From Haloferax volcanii DS2 (lineage in GTDB: Archaea; Halobacteriota; Halobacteria; Halobacteriales; Haloferacaceae), in assembly GCF_000025685.1 (NCBI RefSeq), contig NC_013967.1, positions 1,650,001 to 1,682,000 of the forward strand: 32,000 nucleotides of DNA, given 5' to 3'. The notes below the pieces were generated by a model. It ran no database searches. It was not told the origin of the DNA and saw only the letters and a list, made by a program, of their open reading frames with translations. The first letter of the stretch is position 1, and the number at the start of each line of letters is the position of its first letter. This document shows, in pieces, positions 1 through 7,951 of the stretch. The position numbers and the translations under genes were made by a program.

Positions 1-921
1 TGGGACGACGACGCGGGCACCGTCAGCGCCCGCGGCGCGGCCGACATGAAAGCGGGACTCGCGGCGTGCGTCTTCGCCGCGCTCGACCTCCGAGACGCCG
101 TCGAGGCGGGCCGCCTCGACCTCGACGGGAGGGTGGTCGTCGAGAGCGTCGTCGACGAGGAGGAAGGCGGCATCGGGGCCGCGGCGGCCGCGCTCGACAC
201 CCCCTACCCGTTCGAGCGAGACGCCGCGCTCGTCGCCGAACCGACGCGGCTGAAGCCGGTCGTCGCCACCGAGGGCTCGGTGATGAAGCGGTTCCGGTTG
301 ACCGGGCGGACGGCACACGCGGCCTCGCGGTGGCGCGGAGTGGACGTCATCGAGAAGTTCGAGGCGATTCGCAGAGCGTTCTTCGACCTCGAATCGGAGC
401 GGACCGACGCGGTCACTCATCCGCTTTTCGACTACCCGATTCCGTGGCCCGTCTGCGTCGGCCGCGTCGAGGCCGGGTCGTGGGCGTCGAGCGTCGCGGG
501 GACGCTCACCGCGGAGTGGCGACTCGGCGTCGCGCCGGGGGAGACGGTCGCAGCGGTCGAATCGGCGTTCGAAGAACGGCTGGCGCGCGTCGTCGCCGAC
601 GACGAGTGGCTCTCGGCGCACCCGCCGGTGTTCGAGCGCTTTTCGGTGCAGTTCGAGCCGGCCGAAATCGACGCCGACGAACCGGTCGTGGAGTCGCTGC
701 GGGCGGCGCTCCGGGCCGACGGCCGCGACGACGACCCGGTCGGCGCGACCTACGGCGCGGACTCCCGGCACTACGTCGAGGCGGGTATCCCGACGGTGCT
801 GTTCGGGCCGGGCGATATCGACCAGGCGCACTTTCCGGACGAGACCGTCGAGTGGGACGAAGTCGAGGTGGCGCGCGAGGTGATTCGGGAGACGGCGACG
901 CGGTTCCTTCAGTCGAGGTAG
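1..921 (+). CDS. M20-family metallopeptidase (ArgE/DapE/acetylornithine deacetylase-like), 5' end outside window
   Basis: Frame 1 is open from base 1. Translation starts WDDDAGTVSARGAADMKAG, which is the G-x-x-D-x-K-[AG]-G block typical of M20 peptidases. Later GADSRHY and FGPG blocks fit the same family. Composition is acidic. TAG stop at 919-921. Confidence 0.8.
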   Translation, partial: WDDDAGTVSARGAADMKAGLAACVFAALDLRDAVEAGRLDLDGRVVVESVVDEEEGGIGAAAAALDTPYPFERDAALVAEPTRLKPVVATEGSVMKRFRLTGRTAHAASRWRGVDVIEKFEAIRRAFFDLESERTDAVTHPLFDYPIPWPVCVGRVEAGSWASSVAGTLTAEWRLGVAPGETVAAVESAFEERLARVVADDEWLSAHPPVFERFSVQFEPAEIDADEPVVESLRAALRADGRDDDPVGATYGADSRHYVEAGIPTVLFGPGDIDQAHFPDETVEWDEVEVAREVIRETATRFLQSR

Positions 922-1583
922 TCGTCGAGCGCGTCGGCGACGACGTCGCCGGGCGGCGTGTCTTCGAGCGAGGCGCGGCGGCGGAGTTCGAGGTACACGT
1001 CGGCCGGCAGCGTCACGTCGAGCCGGCCGGTGTCGACGCCGTGGTCGGCGAGGGCGTCCACGGCCGGCGTGCCGTCGTTGACCTCGCTGGCGAGCCGGCG
1101 GACCTCGCGGACGGTCAGGCCGGCGTCGAGCGTCGCCCACGCGAGGTGGAGTCGGGCGTCGCCGGAGACGCGGGCGATGTGCTTTGCGGCCGTGGGCGCG
1201 ATGCGGCCGCGGGCGACGTGCCGGCGGACCGACTGCGGGAGGTCGTGGACGCGGGCCCACTTGCGGATGAAGGAGACGGACACGTCGCCGCCGGCGCGCT
1301 CGGCGGCGCGCTTGTACGAGCCGACGCCGCGGACGAGCGCGGCGCAGGCGGCCGCCCCGCGGAGCATGAACACGTGGTCGTCGTCGCCGGCGGTGGACTC
1401 GGAGAACGAGCGAACCGTTCTGGCGGCCTCGGCGAGGCTGTCGGGGTCGGTGGGGTCGAAGCCGACGGCCTCGCGGGCGCGGTCGCCCGTGACGGCGGGG
1501 TCGCCGCGGACGACGGGTTCACCGACCGGTTCGCGCCGGTCGGCCGGAACCTCGGTCGTTCGTCGGCGTTCGTCGTTCGTCAT
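909..1583 (-). CDS. conserved hypothetical protein with ParB/KorB-like HTH region and RHH-like C-terminal tail
   Basis: 224-aa ORF from the track, acidic and GC3-rich. The segment VSFIRKWARVHDLPQSVRRHVARGRIAPTAAKHIARV looks like a ParB-type HTH. The C-terminal LPADVYLELRRRA looks ribbon-helix-helix-like. Assignment is by eye only. It overlaps the convergent M20 gene by 13 nt. Confidence 0.6.
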   Translation of the reverse strand: MTNDERRRTTEVPADRREPVGEPVVRGDPAVTGDRAREAVGFDPTDPDSLAEAARTVRSFSESTAGDDDHVFMLRGAAACAALVRGVGSYKRAAERAGGDVSVSFIRKWARVHDLPQSVRRHVARGRIAPTAAKHIARVSGDARLHLAWATLDAGLTVREVRRLASEVNDGTPAVDALADHGVDTGRLDVTLPADVYLELRRRASLEDTPPGDVVADALDDYLD

Positions 1584-1679
1584 CTACGAATCGGTAACGC
1601 GTTCGGGCTTAAAAACGTCTCCCCGAGAGGCGAGATTCGCGCCGCGGGCGGCCCGCGAGCGAAGACAGACGGCGGAGCG

Positions 1680-1850
1680 TTACTCCTCGCGGGACTCAGA
1701 GAGGTGTGACCAGATTTCGGTGCAGCCCGCGCCGTCTTCGAGGTCCTTGAGGTGGGCCGCGAGGTCTTCGTCTTCCGCCTCGGCGGACGGGTCCGCCTCG
1801 GCATCGGGGTCGCGGTCGAGTTCGGATTCGAGTTCTGCCTCGCCGGTCAT
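1680..1850 (-). CDS. small acidic protein, 56 aa (below the ORF-track size cutoff)
   Basis: ATG at 1850-1848 and TAA at 1682-1680. Translation is MTGEAELESELDRDPDAEADPSAEAEDEDLAAHLKDLEDGAGCTEIWSHLSESREE. It has typical haloarchaeal acidic composition and strong GC3 bias. It occupies the one minus-strand frame with no listed ORF here. Confidence 0.5.
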   Translation of the reverse strand: MTGEAELESELDRDPDAEADPSAEAEDEDLAAHLKDLEDGAGCTEIWSHLSESREE

Positions 1851-1936
1851 GCGTCTCCCTCCTGGGACTGTTCGAACAGCTCTGGGGCGACGTCGGCGGA
1901 GGCGTGTTGTCGGACGGCGGTGCGGTGGTCACTCAT
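1847..1936 (-). CDS. candidate 29-aa micro-ORF coupled to the downstream 56-aa ORF
   Basis: ATG at 1936-1934. Translation is MSDHRTAVRQHASADVAPELFEQSQEGDA. Its TGA stop overlaps the next ATG (ATGA at 1847-1850), the classic translational-coupling arrangement. No other support. Confidence 0.25.
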   Translation of the reverse strand: MSDHRTAVRQHASADVAPELFEQSQEGDA

Positions 1937-2154
1937 CACCACCACGTACCGGTCGAACCCGCATAAGGGAATCCGCACCTGTAATGTGTACCCCCACTCC
2001 CGGCTACCGGAACGGGTTGCCCCTACCTCTGACGGCCGGTTTCGGGGACAATCGCAGGACTCCGACCGAACGACCGCCGAAACGGCCGTCGCGCTCCCCC
2101 GCGGGGATTGCGGGCGTCGTCCCGCATAGGTAGCCGGAGCGACGAGGGTGAGGT

Positions 2155-2478
2155 ATGAGCGTCTCCCTGCGCGTCCTCGACGACGGGGCGTGGGTCTCCG
2201 TGAACGACGCCAGAGAAGTGAGCGTGAGCGAGCTCTGGCGGCTCGACGACCCGTCATTCTGTGGGTGCGAGCTTCCCGACTTCGTCGTCGAGAACGTCCT
2301 CGACGTCGGCGCGGATGGTAGAACCGTCTCCGCGAAAGTGTACGGCCAGTGCATTGCCTGCGGCCAGACGGGCGTTCCCGGTTGGGTCCCGGTCGGCAGG
2401 CTCCGCGAGGGCGAATTCGTCGATATCGACCGCGAGCGGGTCGTCCTCCCGGTTCGACGCGGCGACGACGACGAATAA
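2155..2478 (+). CDS. small putative zinc-binding protein (CxC ... CxxC)
   Basis: 107-aa ORF preceded by the Shine-Dalgarno-like GGGTGAGGT directly upstream of the ATG. Four cysteines are arranged FCGCE ... QCIACGQ. C-terminus is acidic. Confidence 0.6.
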   Translation: MSVSLRVLDDGAWVSVNDAREVSVSELWRLDDPSFCGCELPDFVVENVLDVGADGRTVSAKVYGQCIACGQTGVPGWVPVGRLREGEFVDIDRERVVLPVRRGDDDE

Positions 2479-2538
2479 GCAATATTATCCGCTTTTGGGC
2501 AGCACCGGGAAGGGTTGACGGTACGCTCGGGGCCTTAC

Positions 2539-2574
2539 GTGGGCACGTATATGGACATTCATACGAATGCCCAC
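2539..2574. promoter_or_regulatory. imperfect palindrome spanning the reductase start codon
   Basis: GTGGGCACGTAT (2539-2550) and ATACGAATGCCCAC (2561-2574) are near reverse complements: GTGGGCA/TGCCCAC plus CGTAT/ATACG. The ATG at 2567 lies inside the right arm. Confidence 0.35.
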
Positions 2575-4345
2575 GGACGTCGAACGCTGGAAGTCGGAGG
2601 TCTACGGTAACGAGATACGAGAGCACCTGCTGGAGTTCGCTGAGCAGGGCTGGGACTCCATCCCGGAAGACGAGCGAGACGCCTGGTTCGAGCGCTTCAA
2701 ATGGTGGGGACTGTACCACCAGCGCAACGGCCAAGAGTCGTACTTCATGATGCGCATCGGAACGCCGAACGGCGTGCTGACGCCCGGCCAGACCGAAGTC
2801 GTCGCGGAGGTCGCCGACGAGTACGCCCGCGGCCCCGCCGAGAACCCCATCTTCGGCAACGGCTACGTCGACTGGACGACCCGCCAGTCGATTCAGCTCC
2901 ACTGGATTAAGCTGGAGGACATCCCGGAAATCTTCGATAAGCTCGAATCGGTCGGGCTGTCGACCCAGCAGGCCTGCGGTGACTCGTGGCGGAACATCGT
3001 CGGCTGTCCCGTCGCCGGCAAGGACAAACACGAGCACGTCGACGCGCTCCCCGTCGCGATGGAGCTCAACGAGACGTTCAAGGGCAACGACGACCACTCG
3101 AACCTCCCGCGCAAGTGGAAGGTCTCCGTCACCGGCTGCCGCGAGGGCTGCGGTCAGGGCGACATCAACGACCTCGCGCTCGAACCCGCGACCAAGGAAA
3201 TCGACGGCGAGGAGACGAAGGGCTTCAACATCCGCATCGGCGGCGGCCTCTCGCGGAACGAACCGCGGCTCGCCCGCGACATCGACGTGTTCGTGACGCC
3301 CGAGCAGGCCCCCGAGGTGTCGGGAGCCATCTCCGCGCTGTTCCGCGACAACGGCGACCGCGACAACCGCTACAACGCCCGCATCAAGTTCCTGATGGAC
3401 GAGTGGGGCGCGGAGAAGTTCCGCAACGTCCTCCAGGAGGAGTACGTCGACTTCGAGCTGGAGACCGCCGGCGAGGACCTGCGCTCGGAGTACTCCTACA
3501 ACTCCGGCTACGCCGACGGCGGCCACTCCGACCACGTCGGCATCCACGAGCAGGCCGACGGCAACTACTACGTCGGACTCGACGTGCTCGTCGGCCGCAT
3601 GGGCGTCGACGACACGAAGGAACTCGCCCGCGTCGCCGACGAGTACGGCTCCGGCGAGATTCGCATCACGCAGCGCCAGAACGTCATCATCACCGACGTA
3701 CCCGAAGAAAAGCTCGACGCGCTGCAAAACGAGGACCTTCTCGACCACTACTCGCCCGACCCGCACCCGTTCATGCGCGGCTCCATCGCCTGTACGGGCA
3801 CCGAGTTCTGTTCGCTCTCCATCGTGGAGACGAAGAACCGGCAGGTCCGCTACGCCCGCTGGCTCAAGGAGAACGTCGACCTCCCCGCGGGCGTCGAGGA
3901 CTTCCACATCCACCTCTCGGGCTGTACGGCCTCCTGCGCCCAGCCGCAGATTGCGGACATCAGCCTCCGCGGCATGAAGACCCGCAAGGACGGCGAACCG
4001 GTCGAGGCGCTCGACATCGGCCTCGGCGGCGGCCTCGGCGAGAACCCGAACTTCGCCGAGTGGGTCACCCAGCGCGTCCCCGTCGACGAAGTGCCGGGTG
4101 CCATCAAGAACCTGCTCGCGAACTTCGAGGAGCGCCGCGAGGGCGACGAGACGTTCCGCGAGTTCGTCGCCCGGACGGACGAAGAGGAGCTGGCCGAACT
4201 AGTCGAACCCGAAGAGACCAGCTACGAGGACCCGATGATGCACAACACGAAGCGCACGTGGTACCCCTACGCCGACGACGACGGCCTCGACGCGAGTCCC
4301 GCGCCGACCCGCGCCGACGGCACGCCCATCGCGAGCGACGACTGA
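2567..4345 (+). CDS. ferredoxin-dependent nitrite/sulfite reductase (siroheme + [4Fe-4S], NirA/Sir family)
   Basis: 592-aa ORF. It shows the duplicated NiR/SiR half-domain pattern and the cluster-binding cysteines CTGTEFCSLS and SGCTASCAQPQ (C-x5-C ... C-x3-C). The N-terminal WWGLYHQR block is typical of the family. Substrate (nitrite or sulfite) cannot be decided from the sequence. Confidence 0.9.
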   Translation: MPTDVERWKSEVYGNEIREHLLEFAEQGWDSIPEDERDAWFERFKWWGLYHQRNGQESYFMMRIGTPNGVLTPGQTEVVAEVADEYARGPAENPIFGNGYVDWTTRQSIQLHWIKLEDIPEIFDKLESVGLSTQQACGDSWRNIVGCPVAGKDKHEHVDALPVAMELNETFKGNDDHSNLPRKWKVSVTGCREGCGQGDINDLALEPATKEIDGEETKGFNIRIGGGLSRNEPRLARDIDVFVTPEQAPEVSGAISALFRDNGDRDNRYNARIKFLMDEWGAEKFRNVLQEEYVDFELETAGEDLRSEYSYNSGYADGGHSDHVGIHEQADGNYYVGLDVLVGRMGVDDTKELARVADEYGSGEIRITQRQNVIITDVPEEKLDALQNEDLLDHYSPDPHPFMRGSIACTGTEFCSLSIVETKNRQVRYARWLKENVDLPAGVEDFHIHLSGCTASCAQPQIADISLRGMKTRKDGEPVEALDIGLGGGLGENPNFAEWVTQRVPVDEVPGAIKNLLANFEERREGDETFREFVARTDEEELAELVEPEETSYEDPMMHNTKRTWYPYADDDGLDASPAPTRADGTPIASDD

Positions 4346-4411
4346 GCGGGTCGCCTCGGTGACGACGCCGCCGCGCTATCTATTTACGACGACACCGAAC
4401 AGTACTCACAG

Positions 4412-4696
4412 ATGCCAGACCGAATCCTGAAGGTCAACGCCTACACGACGCTGGACCTCGTCGACGCGTCGGCGACGGGCCACGACTTCGAGGAGTCGGC
4501 GTTCGCCGTGTGCAACGTCACCTCGCCGCGGAAGCGCCCCGACGAGATTACCCTCGAACTCGAACTCGACTGGACGCAGCTCGACGCGCTCGCGCCGCAC
4601 GCGGACAAACTGACGCTGTCGCCCGAGGAGGCCCGAAAAATCGCGGCCGACCTCGAAGAACACGCCGACCGCGTCGAAGCCGAACAGCAGGACTGA
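4412..4696 (+). CDS. small acidic conserved hypothetical protein
   Basis: 94-aa ORF with acidic composition and good GC3 bias, 66 nt downstream of the reductase on the same strand. Confidence 0.6.
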   Translation: MPDRILKVNAYTTLDLVDASATGHDFEESAFAVCNVTSPRKRPDEITLELELDWTQLDALAPHADKLTLSPEEARKIAADLEEHADRVEAEQQD

Positions 4697-4811
4697 CCGC
4701 CGTCCCCCGATTTTCGACGACAGTTCGACGGCTCGGAGCGACGCGACCGCCGACTCAAACCCGCCGAGAGTGACAACACCACCCGTGGCAACATTTGTCC
4801 CAGTTTAGTCA

Positions 4812-4871
4812 ACGAATCGTGGTAAACTATGACTCGAACTGACGATTCGTACTGCAACGAGCCCAATCGTT
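4812..4871. promoter_or_regulatory. cluster of three ACGA..TCGT palindromic motifs in an AT-rich spacer
   Basis: ACGAATCGT (4812-4820) and ACGATTCGT (4842-4850) are reverse complements of each other, and each is internally palindromic. A third motif is AACGA-N6-TCGTT (4856-4871). The first two centres are about 30 bp apart. Confidence 0.3.
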
Positions 4872-5014
4872 AGACATATGACTTCGGGAGTCGCAGAACG
4901 TGTTGTGATACAGACGACGCCTCTACGCCGTCCACGCACCGAGCGTCGACCGCACTCCACCTCCCGCGCCCACCCGGCGAATCGAACGCCGGCCACAGCG
5001 CGGGGGGTGGTGGC

Positions 5015-5935
5015 GTGAGCCGTCACCGGACCCTCGTCCTCTTCGTCGCGGCCGCGGTGCTGTTCGGAACCTCCTTCGTCGGCATCAAAGCCGCCATCGG
5101 GTCGGTCCCGCCGGTGCTGTTCGCCGCCTTCCGCGTCGACGTCGCCGCCGTCGTTCTCCTGACGCTCGTCGCCGTCCGCGGCGGCTACTGGCTCCCGCGG
5201 ACCCGCGCCGACGCGCTCGGCATCCTCGCCAGCGCCGCGTTCGTCCTCGGGGCGAACAACGTGTTTCTCTTCCTCGGCCAACAGCACGCGACGACCGGCG
5301 CGGCGGCCGTGATGTACAGCATCATGCCCGTCGCCTCCCCGGTGTTCGCCGTGTTACTCCTCGACGACGCGCGCATCTCGGCTGTCGACGCCGCCGGCAT
5401 CCTGCTCGGACTCGTCGGCGTCGTCGTCATCGTCGGCCCCGAGAGCGTCCTCGGCGGCGGGAGCGTCGGACAGGCGCTCATCGTCTGTTCGGCGCTGTCG
5501 GTCGCCTTCGGGACCGTGCTCCTCAAGCGCGTCGGGCCGTCCATCGGGACGCTCCCGCAGACCGCGTGGGCGATGGCGGCCGCCGCCGTCGGCATCCACG
5601 CCGCCAGCCTCGGTCTCGGCGAGTCGGTCGCGCAGGTCGCCTGGTCGCCGGAGCTCGTCGCCGCGATTCTCTACGTCGGTATGCCCGCGACCGCCGCGGC
5701 CTACCCGGTCTACTTCGCGCTCCTCTCGGAGGCCGGCCCGGTCCGCGGCAACCTCGTCGCCTACGCGATGCCGGTCGTCGCCACCGTCACCGGCTGGGCG
5801 TTCCTCGGTGAGGCCGTCTCGCCGGCGACCGTCCTCGGCTTCGGGGTCATCCTCTCGGGGTTCCTCCTCGTGCAGCGCGAGAGCGTGGCTCGGTTCGTCG
5901 GCCTCCGGGGGAGCGTCCCCGCGGAAGCCGAATAG
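5015..5935 (+). CDS. DMT-superfamily (EamA-type) transporter
   Basis: 306 aa with a GTG start. About ten hydrophobic segments form two EamA-like halves. The N-terminal FGTSFVGIK is typical of the family. Confidence 0.85.
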   Translation: MSRHRTLVLFVAAAVLFGTSFVGIKAAIGSVPPVLFAAFRVDVAAVVLLTLVAVRGGYWLPRTRADALGILASAAFVLGANNVFLFLGQQHATTGAAAVMYSIMPVASPVFAVLLLDDARISAVDAAGILLGLVGVVVIVGPESVLGGGSVGQALIVCSALSVAFGTVLLKRVGPSIGTLPQTAWAMAAAAVGIHAASLGLGESVAQVAWSPELVAAILYVGMPATAAAYPVYFALLSEAGPVRGNLVAYAMPVVATVTGWAFLGEAVSPATVLGFGVILSGFLLVQRESVARFVGLRGSVPAEAE

Positions 5936-5977
5936 GAGAAGAAGAGAACAGCACAGAACTCGAAAGGCGGACCGACT

Positions 5978-6925
5978 TTAGGCCGCGACCCGCCGCCGGA
6001 CCGCGACGGCGACGGACACCAGCGTCTCCTTTTTCATCGCCGCGAAGCCGAAGAAGATGGCTCCGAAGCCGACGAGCGCCGTCGTGTCGATGACGTGGCC
6101 GAGGAGCACCCAACTCATGAGCGCCGCGACCACGGGCTCGACGTAGCCGATGAGGTTGAGTTCGGTCGGGCCGAGGCGGTCCAGAAGCTCGAAGTAGAGG
6201 AGGAACGCCACCGCGCCGGAGACGAGCGTCAGGTAGAGGAACGACGCGATGCCGACGGGGGCGAGCTCGATAGTGGAAAGCGACTCGCCGCGGACGAGTG
6301 CCCAGCCGTGAAGCAGGACGCCGCCGCCGAGCATCGACCACGCCTGCATCGACTGGACCGGGAGGTCACTCCGGAGCGGGCGGGTGAGGACCGCGCCGAG
6401 CGCGAACGACACCGCGGCGAGGAAGATGAGGACGATGCTGAGTCCCTGCGCCGACCCGGACGACCCCGAGAACGCCGAGACTGGGTCGGCCACGAGCACG
6501 GCACCGGCGAAGCCGGCGAGCAGCCCGACCGTCCCGGTCTTCCCCAGCGACCCCCTGGTGAGGATAACGGAGGCGAAGACCGCAGTCAGGATAGGCGAGA
6601 GGCTAATGATGATAGAGGCCACCGCGCCGGGGACGTGTTCCTGTCCGAGGTAGAGCAGGCCGTGGTAGGCGGCGATGATGAACACCGCGCCGATGGCGGT
6701 CGCGAGCAGTTCGTCCCTCGTCTTCGGCCGCCAGCGGTCGGTCGAGTAGCAGGCGTACGCCAGCATCACGAGCCCCGCGAGTTCGTAGCGGAGCGCGGCG
6801 AAAGAGAGCGTCGGGAAGAACTCCAGGCCGACCTCGATGGCGACGAACGAGGTGCCCCACATCGCCGCGAGCGCGACGAAAAGCAGGGGCGTCGTCGGAA
6901 CGTTTCTCCAAGTGGTTCGCGTCAT
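5978..6925 (-). CDS. DMT-superfamily (EamA-type) transporter
   Basis: 315 aa. It has the WGTSFVAIEVGL block and a two-EamA-repeat hydrophobicity pattern. It is convergent with the other DMT gene. Confidence 0.85.
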   Translation of the reverse strand: MTRTTWRNVPTTPLLFVALAAMWGTSFVAIEVGLEFFPTLSFAALRYELAGLVMLAYACYSTDRWRPKTRDELLATAIGAVFIIAAYHGLLYLGQEHVPGAVASIIISLSPILTAVFASVILTRGSLGKTGTVGLLAGFAGAVLVADPVSAFSGSSGSAQGLSIVLIFLAAVSFALGAVLTRPLRSDLPVQSMQAWSMLGGGVLLHGWALVRGESLSTIELAPVGIASFLYLTLVSGAVAFLLYFELLDRLGPTELNLIGYVEPVVAALMSWVLLGHVIDTTALVGFGAIFFGFAAMKKETLVSVAVAVRRRVAA

Positions 6926-7127
6926 AGTCGAATCTGTTTCAGCTCTCAGAGACGCACCCTGTTAAATCCTTCTACAAGAGATTTGATTTGAGTTGGAGAT
7001 TAGAATAGATATTCTATATTTTGCTGCACCAATCGATCTATAATTCGTGAAGATTCGAGAGCGCGAGAGAGGTGGCGAAAACGGCGGACAGAACAAGGAC
7101 TTACGTCACCGACCGCAACGAGAGGGT
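6926..7127. promoter_or_regulatory. AT-rich divergent promoter region (DMT transporter / Lrp regulator)
   Basis: This is the lowest-GC stretch of the neighbourhood. It contains the palindrome AGAATA-GA-TATTCT (7002-7015) followed by TATATTTT, and an ATTTAAC element (minus-strand reading) about 35 nt upstream of the transporter ATG. Confidence 0.4.
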
Positions 7128-7616
7128 ATGGACGAACGCGACGTGCGCCTGTTGAAGGCCATCGCGGACCTCGGGACGGGCAGTCCCGAGAAGCTACACG
7201 AAGCGACAGACATCCCTGTGTCGACCATCCACTACCGCCTGAACAACCTGAAAGACGACGGCGTCATCGAGAACGACCTCTACGACATCGACCTAGAGGC
7301 GTTCGGACTCGGCGTCACCGTGGTCGTGGAAGTGCTGGCGGATTACAGCGGGTCGTACGAGGAAGTCGGGAACAAGCTGCTGGAGATAGAGGGCGTCACG
7401 CAACTCTACTTCACGATGGGGGAGACGGACTTCATCGTCGTCGCCCATCTCGCGGACTCCGACCGCGTGGAGCGCCTCATCAGCGACTTCGAGGCGACGC
7501 CGGAAGTCGAGCGAACGAACTCGACGTTCGTCATCTCCTCGATGCGCGACAGCCACCGGGCGCTCCAGAGCTACACGCTGGAGACGCTCCTCGACGAGTT
7601 GGGTATCGAGGACTGA
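7128..7616 (+). CDS. Lrp/AsnC-family transcription regulator
   Basis: I use the internal ATG at 7128, because the track ORF's first 27 aa are basic and fall in AT-rich DNA. MDERDVRLLKAIADLGTGSPEKLHEATDIPVSTIHYRLNNLKDDGVI is an Lrp-type wHTH, and it is followed by a RAM-like ligand domain. Confidence 0.85.
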   Translation: MDERDVRLLKAIADLGTGSPEKLHEATDIPVSTIHYRLNNLKDDGVIENDLYDIDLEAFGLGVTVVVEVLADYSGSYEEVGNKLLEIEGVTQLYFTMGETDFIVVAHLADSDRVERLISDFEATPEVERTNSTFVISSMRDSHRALQSYTLETLLDELGIED

Positions 7617-7660
7617 GAGTCGGCCGAGGGAGTATCACGGGAGGCCACGTACTACCGACC

Positions 7661-7936
7661 ATGTCGAACGACGTGCGGACGTGGCTGGTCGAACGGACCT
7701 ACTCGGACGACGAACAGAACATCATCATCCTCGTGTACGCGACCCCCGACGGGACGCGCTACCACCGGAAGGAGCGCTCGCTGACGAGTTTCGAGTCCGA
7801 CGTGCGCGACACCTACGCCGCCGTCGACGTGCCCGAAGACGAACTGGGTCGCGTTGCCGACGAGGAGACGAGGGAGTCGTACGCGGCCGCCGCGACCGAG
7901 ATGGCCGAGTCCCACGAGCCGACCGACACGGTCTGA
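7661..7936 (+). CDS. small acidic conserved hypothetical protein
   Basis: 91-aa ORF with an ATG start, very acidic composition and good GC3 bias. Confidence 0.6.
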   Translation: MSNDVRTWLVERTYSDDEQNIIILVYATPDGTRYHRKERSLTSFESDVRDTYAAVDVPEDELGRVADEETRESYAAAATEMAESHEPTDTV

Positions 7937-7951
7937 GACCGGGCGGTCGGC

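Noticed and set aside
1847-3913. 688-aa minus-strand ORF
   Set aside because: It is antisense to the well-supported nitrite/sulfite reductase. The translation is Val/Arg/Gly/Ala-rich with no recognisable motif, so it is a typical shadow ORF of high-GC DNA. Only its last 29 codons are considered separately, as a possible micro-ORF.
4780-4900. AT-rich patches (also 6930-7060 and 27770-27890) as signs of a horizontally acquired island or mobile element
   Set aside because: Each is about 100-150 bp and confined to an intergenic promoter or terminator region. There are no flanking direct repeats, integrase, transposase or tRNA attachment site, and the flanking genes have native-looking composition.
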